DNA of 64,000 nt from Octopus sinensis (taxonomy: Eukaryota): contig NC_043017.1 of NCBI RefSeq assembly GCF_006345805.1, forward strand, positions 20,894,001 through 20,958,000, given 5' to 3'. A program made the translations under genes and the position numbers. This document shows positions 38,983 to 51,865 of this stretch, in pieces. The stretch's first letter is position 1. Each line of letters begins with the position of its first letter. The notes under the pieces were generated by a model. That model had not been told where the DNA came from. It made no database searches and saw nothing but the letters and a program-made list of their open reading frames with translations.

Positions 38983-39400
38983 TCAGTTGTTTGACCGTAA
39001 CCAGTTGAGCATGTCCCTTAGTGGCTGACGATATGTGCATCTCTGATCACGAGCAGAAGTAGTGGGGGAGCATCATAGCCACGTGTTGAGAGGAATTCTT
39101 TGCGGTTTGAATAATTCACTCTGGAAACATGGGTGGTTCTTTCAACATCCTTAAACAACCCTTATTCAGGGACCTTTTGAGCGGGATGGGCTACTCAACC
39201 TGAAGAATATTCTAACTGGGCTCCACCTGCAAGGTCATGTGCTGTTTATCTTGATATGAGATCACCATGTCATGCACATATGGTTGTGATGCATGTGCCT
39301 GGTGTACCCTTATCAGACGGGTAGTCATGATGGGTATATTGGGCTTCGTATATTTTACCCCAGTGTCACTTTGATGGCATGAACTGCTCTCTCACTCAAT
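38981..39400 (+). mobile_element. repeat family D (LINE 3'UTR-like) ending in (AAT)n
   Basis: 3' end CCCCAGTGTCACTTTGATGG..CTCTCACTC(AAT)n is shared with 5'-truncated copies at ~22787-22880 and ~38572-38630. Confidence 0.7.
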
Positions 39401-39431
39401 AATAATAGTAATAATAATAATAATAATTATG

Positions 39432-39482
<51 letters not shown>

Positions 39483-39854
39483 GTAATAATAATGGTAATA
39501 ATAATGATAATAATAAAGAGCAAATCTATTTCAGTAAAAAATATAATTCTTCACCGTTGCAACTTTATAATAAAAACAGATTAGTGAATGAGAGAGGGAG
39601 AGAGAGAGTGTAATATTGCTGCAGAAATATCAATACTCTAGTGGGGTTTTGATGCATAACAAATGAAATTAATATGCATGCCAGGTATGGCTAATCATGC
39701 CAGGTACCTGCTAATCATGTCTATTCCACTGCCACCCCCACTCCCCCATATATGTATATATACCATTGCCTGATATTCTGCATCTCTAAGAGTGAAGATG
39801 ATTGTTGGTGATGATTATGATATTTCAGTATCAATGCTGTCTGATTTTTTCAAT

Positions 39855-40285
39855 TTCTCACTCTCTCTCTCCTTCCCTTCCTCTCTCTCTCCTTCCCTTT
39901 TCTTTCTCTCTCACCTTTCCCCTTCCTCTCTCTCTCACTTTCTCCCTTCCTCTCTCTCTCACCTTCCCCTTCTGCTCTCTCACCTTCTCTTTCTCTCACC
40001 TTCGCTCCACCTCTCACTTTCTTAATCTCTCTCCTTCCTTTCCTCTCTCTAACTCCTTCTCTTCCTCCTTCCTTCCTCCCTTCCTCTCTCCATCCCTCCA
40101 TCGATCTCAGTCCCTCCTTCTTTCTCTCTCCCTCTCTTGCTTCCCCTACCCATCTCTCATTTTCTCTCTCGTATTTTTTACCCTTGTCTTGCTCTCTCTT
40201 CTCATCTCTCTTATCCTTGTCTTTCCTCTCCCCTACTCCTCTTTCATTTTGTCTCTCCCTCTTACCATGCTCTCTCACTCTTCCA
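39855..40285. repeat. polypyrimidine (CT-rich) tract
   Basis: Directly visible. Confidence 0.9.
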
Positions 40286-41191
40286 TAAATGATGTGAACT
40301 GTTTATGGTTTCCCTTATCTCACAATATATACATATTCATATATCCTCATCACAATCAACACTGTTTACGACAGCTGTTTCATGCAACCAAGACTTAGAT
40401 TGATATTTTTGTCTGAGACACCAGGCTACATAACCGGATGCCCTTTCTTTTACCAATTCCTCTTTCATTGGTTGCCTTGTACAAGACATAGGGAAATTCA
40501 TAGGCCACACTTTTTATTGACCAGACCAATCTGTCACTGAGCTGTGCTTCTTTTTCTAACCCTGATGGGATGCTCAAGCCTGATGGTCTAGCTTACATGA
40601 CATATGTCCATGAACTTATGTGGGACACAACTGTGCATTGTCTCAGAACTGGCAGATGAGATGTTACCTTACTCAGCTTGGAGAATAATTTGTTTTTCAG
40701 TTGGAGCTAATGCCCATGGTTGACGTGGCATAGACTAAAGGGGGGAGAGAGAGAGATGGAGAGAGAGAGAGAAAGACACACAGAGAGACAGACGGACAGA
40801 GAGAGACAGAGACAGGGAGGGAAAGTGACAGGGAGAGAAAGAGAGATGTGTGTATGCATGTGCATGGGTGTGTTTGTATGTGTGTGTATGTGTACGTGTG
40901 TGTGTGGTGGTAGGGGGTTCTTTTATCCCTTTAATGGCTTCAGTCACTGGACTGCAGTCATGCCAAGGCACTGCACTGAAGGGTTTATTTAATCTAGTTG
41001 ACCCCAGTACTTACGCTTGAGGCTGATATTTGTTCTATCCCTGTTTTTTAGGTAAACCACTAAGTCACAAGGATGCAAACAAACCAGCATTGGTTGTCAA
41101 GCAGTGAAAGGCAAGCACTTACCTACCAACCTACATACCAACATACCTACCTAACTATCTATCTACCTACCTACCTACCTATCTATCTATG

Positions 41192-41229
<38 letters not shown>

Positions 41230-41232
<3 letters not shown>

Positions 41233-41600
41233 GTAGGTGAATGAATTATCCTAGTATTGATAATTCGGTTAATCGATACCTGGGTAGCAAATTCACGTCA
41301 GAAAACACGGTTGTAGCTATATGCCAAGGGTAGAAACTCCGTTGACGTCATTGCTTATAACGGATTTTTAAAAAAACATTCATTATCACTGTGAACACCA
41401 TGTAGGAAGCCATAAAAAAGTTTTTGTCCGTCTTGAGGCTGATAGAGGTTCCTTGTCTTTCCTGCTGAGAAGACGGCATAATGCACCCTTTATTCCTTCG
41501 GAATTAAGAATATGCAGTCTTCGAAACATGTGTTGAAAGTAAAGGCATTTTGTTAAAATCTTCGTTCGACTCCATTCTTTCATTTATTCATTTTAAATAA
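41230..41600 (+). mobile_element. Penelope-like non-coding element family H2
   Basis: 41418-41591 is homologous to 47449-47623 in the same orientation, and 41230-41342 to 47657-47768 in inverted orientation; flanked by (TA)n. Confidence 0.78.
41451..41545 (+). ncRNA. type I hammerhead with long stem II, core mutated (CUGCUGA)
   Basis: CTTTC-CTGCTGA-GAAGAC..GTCTTC-GAAA-CATGTG-TT-GAAAG; stem I CTTTC/GAAAG extended by CCTT/AAGG. Confidence 0.68.
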
Positions 41601-41622
41601 TATTTATATATATATATATATA

Positions 41623-41928
41623 TATAAGTTAAATTAGAGATAAAACCACTATTAGGCAAATCAAACAGTGAAAAACATAAACCAAAACATAGAAATAAAA
41701 ATAATTAATACAATATACAAAATATATAAAATACAAAATTAAAAATTTAAATTATTTAAATTTAAAGTTAAAAATTTAAAAATTTAAAATTTAAATTTAA
41801 ATAATTTAAATTTTAAATTTTGTATTTTATATATTTTGTATATTATATTATTTTTATTTCTATGTTTTGGTTTATGTTTTCACTGTTTGATTTGCCTAAT
41901 AGTGGTTTTATCTCTAATTTAATTTATA
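41623..41928. repeat. long AT-rich palindrome (~140-bp arms)
   Basis: TTAAATTAGAGATAAAACCACTATTAGGCAAATCAAACAGTG.. versus ..CACTGTTTGATTTGCCTAATAGTGGTTTTATCTCTAATTTAA. Confidence 0.93.
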
Positions 41929-42481
41929 TTTATACTGTAAAATTAGATTTAATCCTAAATCTAATTTTTCCCTGTAAGTTTGGATTTACTCCCTAATGTT
42001 ATTATTATTATTATATATATATGTATATATATATATTAATATTAATTTACTGGTATTCAGTTAGCACTGGTGCAATCAGAGGGGTAGTTTTTGGACTCTA
42101 TAAATGCACTGAAACTAAGCTGATTATGTGTCTCCATGGCTGATGAAAGGATTGCCAGTTTAAACCATGGGGTTACAAAGCTAACTTCTAAATCACATGC
42201 CCATATCTGTACCTATTTCTTCCTCCAAACACTTTTCTATCTATTTTGCATTTCATTTTGTAATTGTATGAGGATGGAGTAGAGGAGATGGACCCTTTCT
42301 CTGCATGATGTTCCTTTATTTCAGATAGTTTTTTTTCTATCGGTCTATCTATCTGCCTGTAGTTTCTTTCTACTTCATATTATGTCTGTCCTTTTTCATG
42401 TTCTTTCACAAAAAAGATTTCTCTCCAGCTCTCTCTTTCTCTCTCACACACACCCTCTCTCTCCCCATTTTTCAAGCCACC

Positions 42482-42512
<31 letters not shown>

Positions 42513-42735
42513 GTCTATGTATGTATGTATTTATCATTGTTTGTATGTTTGTATCTAGTTATCAATGAATCTATATTAGAATCTATCTGTCTATTTATCT
42601 ATCTACCTATCTATCTATCTATCTATCTACCTATCTTTCTACCTATCTTTCTATCTATCTATCTATCTATCTATCTACCTATCTTCCTACCTACCTATCT
42701 ATCTATCTATCTATCTATCTACCTATCCATCTACC

Positions 42736-42766
<31 letters not shown>

Positions 42767-43369
42767 CTATCTCCAGCTTTGTATTTCCTATTCTATCTCA
42801 ACATTTTTTTCTTTCCCTTTCACAAAAATCCTTTCTCATTCATCTTTACCTTCATTCATCTCAACATAAAAAGAAAAAGAAAATACAATTTCTCTCTCCA
42901 CTAATTCAATTTTCACCTTTATCTTTTTCACTGGTTTCTTTCCATTTCTTTTCTTTCTTCACCAAATCTATTTACCTTAGCCTTGCATGTCAACATTTTA
43001 TGTTTTTGTTTGCATTTTGTAGCTGTAGTTGTTGTTGTTACTTTTGCTGTTGCTATTTTTACTTTTTGAAGAAGTTGGCTTCCTACCCACACACCCACAT
43101 ATCCCCCTAACACACCCACATACCCCCCTATGGTTTTTAAAAATATTGATTCCTAAATTTCTAACATTGGCACAATGCCACAAATTTCTGATGGAGGTTA
43201 TATTTAATTAAGTGAAGCCTTGTAGATGACTGGTACATTTATTTATTGGCCCCTTTATGGAGAAAAGACAAAGTAGACCTTGGTGGTGTTTGAACCTAGA
43301 CCGTAAAAAAAATGTGCTGTAATTAAACAGACAAATACATCTTGACTGATACTTTAACGATTCTGCTAA

Positions 43370-43835
43370 TTGTCATTGTCATTATCACCAGCATCATTGT
43401 TGTCCTCATCATCATCATCACCATTGTCACCATCATTATCAGTACTATCATCATTATCATTATTAGCATCATCATCACCTGCATCATTGTCATCGCTATC
43501 ATCATCGTCGTCATTATCACCATCATCATTTGCACCATCATCACCATCAGCATCATCTTCTTCATTATTGTCACCACTACCACTATCATCATCTTCATCA
43601 TCATCATCAGTGTCATCATCATCATCATCAGTGTCATCATCATCATCATCAGTGTCATCATCATCATCATCATCATCATCACTGTCATCATCATCATCAT
43701 CATCATCACTGTCATCGTCATCATCACTGTCATCATCATCATCACTGTCATCATCATCATCATCATCATCCTCATCATCATCACTGTCATCATCATCATC
43801 ATCATCATCACTGTCATCATCATCATCATCACCAC
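43370..43835. repeat. (CAT)n trinucleotide tract
   Basis: Directly visible. Confidence 0.95.
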
Positions 43836-43842
43836 GACCAAA

Positions 43843-44027
43843 TTCTCCATCTGGATGGGGTGCAAGTCCATCGCAGGGTAACTCATTTTTCCAAGCTATG
43901 TGGACTGGAGCAATGTGAAATGAAGTGTTTTGCTGAAGAACACAAAGCGTTGTCCAGTCCAGGAACTGAAACCACAATCTTACAATCATGAGTCCAACAC
44001 CCTAACCACTAAGCCATGTACCTCCAC
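43843..44027 (-). mobile_element. tRNA-headed SINE (family E)
   Basis: Minus TGGAGGTACATGGCTTAGTGGTTAGGGTG head; CCCTGCGATGGAC..CCCATCCAG central motif. Confidence 0.75.
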
Positions 44028-44099
44028 ACACATACACATGTACAAACATAGTGGTCCTCATCCAGTTTCTGTCTAGCAAATTTCACTCACAGATAAATA

Positions 44100-44520
44100 T
44101 TGATTTCAAATTTTAGCACAAGGCCAGCAATTTTGAGAGAGGGGACAAGTCAATTACATCAAACCCAGGCCTCAACTAGTACCTATTTTATAGACCCTGA
44201 AAGGACGAAAGGCAATGTAAAGAAGGACAAAATAGTGCTTAGCATTTCGCCCAGCATGCTAACGATTCTGCCAGCTCACTGCCTTATATGACCTGCTAAT
44301 ATTGGTTTCAAGTTTTGGAACAGGGCCAGCAGCTTTTGGAAGCAACAGGGAAGTTGATTTCACCAGCCCCAGTATTTGATTAGTATTTATTTTATCAACC
44401 CCTCCAAAAAATGAAAAGTAAAGTCGACTTTGATTGAATTTGAACTCAGAACACAAACACAGACAAAACACCAGTAAGCATTTTGGCTGGCATCCTAATG
44501 GTTCTGCCAGCTCACCCCCT
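44100..44520 (-). mobile_element. two tandem SINE B copies
   Basis: Reverse-complement heads CTGCCAGCTCAC at ~44270 and ~44505. Confidence 0.8.
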
Positions 44521-44647
44521 CCATACACCCCAAAACATTATTAGATATTTTTTTTTATTTCAAAGACATTATATAACATCTGATGTTAGTTGGAATTGAT
44601 TCTTTATAGTCTATCAAATTCTAAACTGAATGTGGATTTCATTTAGA

Positions 44648-44689
<42 letters not shown>

Positions 44690-45494
44690 TTATCAGAAAC
44701 TTACTGTCAGCCTTTGATATGCTGATATTTGGGTTAGGCACCAGTCGTGTCCCACCTCCTTGCCCTTACTATCTTTCTATTTATCCACTTATTCATTTTA
44801 TTTTATTGTTTGTTTTTGGGGGGGGTTTTTTTTTACCATTTTTGGTAATTTTAATTTTGGTTATTTTAAAAAAAAAGAAATGATTGAAATTTTTATTCTT
44901 TTTTATTATCAAAATGGAAATATATACAGAGACATAGATAGATAGATAGATAGGTAGGTAGGTGGATAGGTAGGTAGGTAGGTAGTATTTTTGAGTTGTT
45001 TTTATTATTCAATGTTTGCACGTAAACAGACACATATATACATGCATATATATATATGCATATTTACATAGAGACATGCATATATATATATATATATACA
45101 CACACACATATACACATATATACATCAGTGTGTGTATGTATATACATTTATACACACACACATACAAAACATAAACATGCATGCATATATCTGTTTAAAA
45201 TGTCTAAATGTGTTTATTGATTATTGCTTGTGTCTTATCTGGGAAAATTCTGTGTTTATTTACGTTTATGATGCAATTGGGTGAACTTCTGTTATGAACC
45301 TTCCTTTCATATCACAAATAATTTTAACGATTATTTTGATAAATTTCACCTCTTAATTCAGATCAATAAAATAACTACTAAACTGAAACATATACCAGGG
45401 CCAAATATGATCAACTAAAACATAAAGAAAGAAACCTTAGAAGTACTGCTCCAGTATGACCACAACTCAGTAACAATGGCTCATTATTGTGTAT

Positions 45495-45990
45495 CAAATG
45501 CCTGCTGTGTTGATGAAACCACGACAAAATTTTCCCAATTGACCAGGAGTTCTCCAACTACCTCTCCACCCTTGTCCAACCAGTTTGTGAAATTATCCAT
45601 CCATTGCATTCTTTGCCCAACTCTTTATCTTCTACCCCCGTATTTCCATGATAACATCTGCAAATCTCTGCTTCTTCAAATATGGTCAATATAGATGAGC
45701 TTTTGTTCTTTCACAATCTCTAGAAGTCATCATCTTTCCCCTAATTGTTGTAACCCTTATTCAGTCGTCCAATGGTCCTCATAAGAAACTCACAACATCT
45801 TCCTATAAACCCACATTTTAAACATATGATTGACCTATGAACAACTCATTGTTATCATCATTTATCATGTGCCTGCAGTCCATTGATGAAACCACTAGAA
45901 AATTTTCCCACTTGACCAGGAGTTCTCCAACTGCCTCACCATTCTTGTGAAATTATCCATCCATTGCATTCTTTGCCCAACTCTTCATCT
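45495..45990 (-). mobile_element. RTE-clade LINE 3' fragment plus a second copy of its 3' tip
   Basis: Minus translation FKMWVYRKML*VSY..KLIYIDHI..QRMQWMDNF is an RTE C-terminus; TTGATGAAACCAC..GACCAGGAGTTCTCCAACT occurs at ~45511 and ~45883. Confidence 0.7.
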
Positions 45991-46089
45991 GCTACTCTCT
46001 TAGGCAAGTGTCCTCTACTACAGCTTCCATCTGACCAAAGCCTTGTAAGTAGATTTGGTAGATGGAAACTGAAAGAATCCCATTATACT

Positions 46090-46493
46090 CTTTTTTCTCT
46101 TTTTTACTCTTTTTACTTGTTTCAGTCAATTGACTGCGGCCATGCTGGAGCACCAACTTTAGTCGAGCAAATCGACCCCGGGACTTATTCTTTGTAAGCC
46201 CAGTACTTATTCTATCGGTCTCCTTTGCCAAACCGCTAAGTGACGGGGACGTAAACACACCAGCATCAGTTGTCAAGCAATGCTAGGGGGACAAACACAG
46301 ACACACAAACACACACACATATATATATATACATATATACGACGGGCTTCTTTCAGTTTCCATCTACCAAATCCACTCACAAGACATTGGTTGGCCCGAG
46401 GCTATAGCAGAAGACACTTGCCCAAGGTGCCACGCAGTGGAACTGAACCTGGAATCCTGTGGTTGTTAAGCAAGCTACTTACCACACAGCCAC
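46090..46493 (-). mobile_element. SINE family A, full length
   Basis: Match to family A. Confidence 0.9.
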
Positions 46494-46720
46494 ATATAAG
46501 AGTATTATTAAAGGTTAATTTCCAAATTAGGTTGATAGGGATACATAATCCTTGTGGGTCCCATATTCACTTTTACCGGCTAATAATGCTGGCTAACCTC
46601 AATGAGTGTAGATAAATACCAATTAGTTTATTTTAATATCCTCAGAAGGTCCTCACATCGGCAAATACATGTTGTTATGGAGACTACATGTTGAGAAGAA
46701 ATAAGGCATTAATAAATTTT

Positions 46721-47431
46721 TAATTAAGGAGAAAAGAGATTTATACATCCAGGGTTTATTAGTCACTTAATTACTTCATGTTAGTACCTTTTGTTGTTTG
46801 TTCCTTCTCAAGCCATGCCTGGTTCATAAGGGCCGGTTTCCCCGGTTTCTTGGTGTATAGGTTCCCCACCTGGATGGGACGCCGGTCCGTCACAGGTGAG
46901 CTGCAAGATGCAGGAGGAAAGAGTGAGAGAAAGTTGTGGCGAAAGAATCAGCAGAAGTTTTGCCATTATTTTCTGCCAGAGCTGCGTGGAGCTTAGGTGT
47001 TTCGCTCGTAAACACCCGGTCTGAGATTCAAACCTGTGATCACAAGACCGCAAGTCCTCTGCTCTAACCACTAGGCCATGTGCCTCCATATCAGTACCTA
47101 CATATGTTTCTGCTGCAAGTCAGTGTACACTGCAAATTTTACATCGTGATATGCATTTCAGTGTTAATTACTGATGCCAGTTCTTAAGGGTACTATTAAC
47201 TGCATTTCAGATCCAATTTGAACTGAATATTTAGTTCAAATGGAATCTGAAAGGCATTTAATAGTACCCTGAAGGAGTGGTGTCAGTAATCAATGCCAAA
47301 ATGTGCACCATGATGCAAACTTTGCAGTATGCACTGACCTGCATCAGAAACATATGTAGGTACTGACATGAAAAGAAGTAATTAATTGAATAATAAAACC
47401 TGGATATATAAACCTCTGTTCTCCTTAATTA
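46721..47431. mobile_element. foldback (hairpin) MITE interrupted by a SINE
   Basis: 47088-47370 is an imperfect palindrome centred on TTGAACTGAATATTTAGTTCAA; 46721-46789 pairs with 47358-47431. Confidence 0.85.
46790..47087 (-). mobile_element. tRNA-headed SINE (family T), complete with TSD
   Basis: Head GGAGGCACATGGCCTAGTGGTTAGAGC, A/C-rich tail; TSD ATGTTAGTACCT (46778-46789) / ATATCAGTACCT (47088-47099). Confidence 0.88.
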
Positions 47432-47448
47432 TTAATATATATATATAT

Positions 47449-47770
47449 AAAGTTTTTGTTCGTCTTGAGGCTGATAGGGGTTCCTTGTCTTTCCTGATGA
47501 GAAGATGGCATAATGCACCCTTTATTTCTTCGGAATTAAGAGTATGCAGTCTTCGAAACATGTGTTGAGAGTAAAGGAATTTTGTTAAAATCTTCGTTCG
47601 ACTCCATTCTTTCATTTATTCATATAAAAAAAACGCACAAATTTCCACACAAGAACACGGGGTTTCTGCCCTTGGCATGTAGCTTCAACCGTGTTTTCTG
47701 ACGTGAATTTGCTACCCAGGTATCGCTTAACTGAATTATCCATACTAGGATAATTCATTCACCTACTTAA
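47449..47770 (+). mobile_element. Penelope-like non-coding element family H2, second copy
   Basis: Rearranged homolog of 41230-41600, inserted in (TA)n. Confidence 0.78.
47481..47579 (+). ncRNA. type I hammerhead ribozyme with extended stem II
   Basis: CTTTC-CTGATGA-GAAGAT g GCATA..TTCG..TATGC a GTCTTC-GAAA-CATGTG-TT-GAGAG; stem I extended by TTCCTT/AAGGAA; intact core; GUU site (predicted cut after 47566). Confidence 0.8.
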
Positions 47771-48325
47771 ATATATGTATATATATATGTGTGTAAGTGT
47801 GTGTGTATGTGTATGCATATGTGTTTGCCCTACCCCACTTCTTGAAAACCGGTGTTGGTACGTTTACATCCCTGTGATTTAGTAGTTTTTCCGAAGAGAC
47901 CGATAGACTAAGTATTAGTCTTAAAAATAAGTACTGAGGTCATTTCATTCGACTAAAGTCCTTCAAGGTGGTGCCCCAGCATGGCCACAGTGAAATTACT
48001 AAAAACAAGTGAAAAAAGAAAAGAAAAAGAAAACATAAAACAAAAAAAAAATGAAAATAATGAAATTGTCTTCAGCCATGGACTGGTGTTGTATTGATTT
48101 GTTTAAATGAAGCTTTATCACATTTTGACAAATATAAATGCTAAAATAGTGAAAAAGAAATTTGAGAAATAAAAAAATAAATTAAAACAAAGAATGTAAT
48201 AAAAATAAAAAATAAAATGAAATGAAAATTATTTGACATCTATTCAATAAAATATTAACTGTTTAAATTCGAAATTCTCTGTATATAAATTATCACCATG
48301 CTTATCATGTTTCTAAGTGTTGATC

Positions 48326-48356
<31 letters not shown>

Positions 48357-49067
48357 TGGTGATGACAACAACAATAATAATAATAATGATGATGATGATG
48401 ATGATGATAAAAGATTTACCAAGAGATAAAAAGAGACACATACATATAGTTGTGCACATGAATACAAACATACACATACATACATACACATACACACTTA
48501 CATACACATATACATGCAGAGATACACACACACACACACATTCAGAGACACACAACCAAAGATACACATTCACACGCAAAATAATGTTTGGAAATCAATA
48601 GAACTCTTTTGGAAATGAAAGCAATATTGACGTAAGAAAATAAATTAAATTTTTCTTAACAACATGCTGTCTCTGTTTTCTTTTTTTTTTTTTTTTCACT
48701 TTTTTTTATAAAAAAAAACCATAAATGGAAAAAAGAAAATACTTCTTAGTAATTTCATAAGAAATAAAAAAAAAAAACAAATATATTATTTATTGGCTGA
48801 ATTGTAGCTACTTGGAAGTGCTGTTTTTCTGGGGATTTATTTATTTATTTATTTATTATTTTCGAGAGAAAAAAAAACAAAAAACAAAACAAAAACTTAT
48901 TATTGTTGTTGTTGAAAATTTCCTATTATTTTTCAATATTCCATTGTGTTTCTCTTCCCACCTTCCTTGTCTTTCCACCACAAACTCCACCAGAAGAGCG
49001 TAAATATTTTTGTGTTATATAAACAAACTTTTGCAGTGAGAAGTGTTTTAACACTATGTATAAAAAT

Positions 49068-49109
<42 letters not shown>

Positions 49110-49689
49110 GCACATATATATATATGTTTATATGTGTACATATATGTATGTATGCATATATATATATATATGTATGCATGTATGTGCATATATATATATA
49201 TTTATACATATATACACACATACATATTTATGTTGACATGTAAATACTGAAATCTGAAATGAGTTGATGAAGGTGTTACTAAATGGCTGTTATAATTGCT
49301 AGAAATAACAGCCAAATCACTTTCTCCAATATGGCTGAAAAAGAGACAATGGAACCTGGTTGGAGAAGTGATGTAAACATCTGAGACATGTACTGGTTTG
49401 CCCATGTGGCAAGTCAGACCTGCTTGACTCCACAAGTTGAATTGTGCTGGTGATACCAAGATGAAGGACATGAAATACTAATCACAAATACTGACCAGTC
49501 AAACAAGTCAGGGGGATCCTCTAATCAGTGATGGTGGGGGGAGCGGTGTGGTGTAAATCCACCAAGAGGAAGAAGGCCTTGAAATGATGCTCGTTTTTCC
49601 TGATGACCCCTACATGCACTGGCGTCCTGTACATAGAGCTTGTGATCAGCAATCCTTGCATAAATAAACTCTCCATTTTGCATTTCAAC

Positions 49690-49972
49690 CACTCCCTATT
49701 CACCTGATCTTGCTCCTTGCGACTTTTGTTCCCACAAAGGAAACAAGTCCTTAAAGGAAAACATTTTGCAGATGTGAAAAAAAATGATGGAGGCGTTAAA
49801 AGGCATCACTTCACAAGATCTCTGGGTCTGCTTTGAACAGTGGAAAACGCATCTGGACCGATGCATTGCTTCAAATGGAGAATACTTTGAAGGCAATAAA
49901 AGTGTAAACATATAAAACTAACTGGATAAAATCAGATTGCAACAGTCCAGTTTCTTTTAGGTACCCACCTCA
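49690..49972 (+). mobile_element. mariner (DD34D) transposon 3' end
   Basis: YSPDLAPCDF..LKGKHFADV..CFEQWKTHLDRCIASNGEYFEG; ends TTTTAGGTACCCACCTCA|TA. Confidence 0.88.
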
Positions 49973-50232
49973 TATGTATATATAGGGAGAGTTTACAAAA
50001 AAAAACAAAAGACGAAGACAGGTGGTGTACAAAACAAACAGATGTATAAGTATAATGCTCAGGAACAAAAAAAGTATTTTGCGTTTCGAGCCTATGCTCT
50101 TCTACAGAGAGGGACACAGAAAAAACAAGAAGAGAAAAAAATGTTATATGTATATAACCTATGGAGCAGATATTTAAATAGGGTTAATTTAGCTATTCTT
50201 CTGTAGATTGAAAAAGTAAAAAGCAGCTTTAA

Positions 50233-50744
50233 CCCCATTAACTACCAAATTTTTAATTCATATTTTTTGGCATTGCCAGGTGTCTTGGGAGTTAAAATAA
50301 TATATAGTATTTGAATTTTCTTCATGTGTGAATTATTTTGGAAATTATGATAAATTTTTCAAAAAGTCCCAAATGGGGATTATTGAAAAAAAAAAAAGCA
50401 TATTTATCCTTTGCTGTTCAATTGCAATAATAAACATATTAGTTTTTTTGAAACTATAGTATCAAATATGAATGTGTATGAAATATCAATGAATGATATA
50501 AATGGGAAAGGCAAAAAAATAGAAAAAGGTTTTCAAAACAGTCAATATCTTCGTAGTTCAAAAACTGCGATTTGTGACATAAAATGTCGTTTTTCATTAT
50601 TAAAGCACTTTAATTACTAAATATTGTTAAACACACCTCTGCAAGTGTAACGTACATAAGCAATTCAATTTAAATACAACGAACAACGGGCAGTGAGACT
50701 GTTTTTAGCAGATCCCCCAAATGGGGTTCATGGCAGGCAATGGG
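50233..50744. mobile_element. piggyBac-type MITE
   Basis: TTAA|CCCCATTAACTACCA ... TGGCAGGCAATGGG|TTAA. Confidence 0.75.
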
Positions 50745-51551
50745 TTAATTGATTCTGGAACCTTATTGGAGCCTCATCAGAGGTGTCTACATCAATTTGA
50801 ATCAATCTCAGAGAAATGAGCAGCCAATCTGTTTCTGTACTCAATAAATCTAGATGCTATTGAAAGCGAGGGCTACTAATTTGCATAATGCAAGTGTTAC
50901 ATGCACACATATATACACGTACATAACAAGTATATCGCTTTCTATCAATGTATTTTAGAAAACTTACCTCTAACGTGCTATTTCTAATTTAAATTCTATT
51001 TTAAAAATTGCACTGGTTCACACGGAAAATAGCAATTCAATAAAAGAAAATTTCGATACAACTTCAAAGTTCAAATATAAAAAAAAAAAAATGGTAAAAT
51101 CTGTATTAAGAAGCTTCCAAAAACTTTAAAAATAAAAACAATAGGAAGCAAAGGAAATACGAAAAAGAAAAGGCTAAGAAATATTTTTTTTTTCCCCAAG
51201 AACAAATTCTGAGCTGGTTTTTCATAGATCCTGTCTGTATTCCAAAATCAATTTTGAGTTCGGATGTACTTTTGTATATCCAGTTTGTGGAGATATAAGA
51301 CAGACCAACTGTTGTTGTAGAATGTGTGAGATGTGAGATGTATATTTGGAAGGAGAAACTATGACCTTGTTGACACGGCAGCTACCAAAATGTTAACATA
51401 TTCTGTTGCGCATCAATCAATTTATGTGTGTGTGTGTGTGTAAATATATATATTTGTATGCATAGTCATACAAAGATACGTTCTTAAAAAAATGGATCTC
51501 ATCGCATGCGTAGTTAACTTGATATAGATTACCTTACAGTTTTGTTCTGAT

Positions 51552-51605
<54 letters not shown>

Positions 51606-51611
<6 letters not shown>

Positions 51612-51865
51612 CATCATCATTTAACGTCCATTTTCCATGCTAGCATGGGTTGGGCGGTTCGACTGGGGTCAGGTAAGCCATGGAGGCTGCACCAGGCTCT
51701 AGTCTGATTTGGCAGGTTTTCTACAGCTGGATGCCCTTCCTAACGCCAACCACTCTGTGAGTGTAGCGGGTGTTTTTTACATGCCACCGGCACAGGGGCC
51801 AGAGCAGGCTGGCAAACGGCCACGATTGGTTGGTGCTTTTACGTGTCACCGACACGGACACCACT
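51606..51865 (-). mobile_element. repeat family C
   Basis: Match to the 25897 copy. Confidence 0.85.

Noticed and set aside
43366-43989. Poly-Asp and poly-His ORFs resembling biomineralisation or metal-binding proteins
   Set aside because: Pure (CAT)n tract open in most frames, and the ORF start lies in a SINE.
46990-47087. tRNA-like sequences at SINE heads
   Set aside because: No complete cloverleaf and they continue into SINE bodies; not tRNA genes.
50750-50785. Minus-strand CTGATGA followed by a weak stem
   Set aside because: Stem II is mismatched, there is no GAAA, and the region is cut by a MITE.
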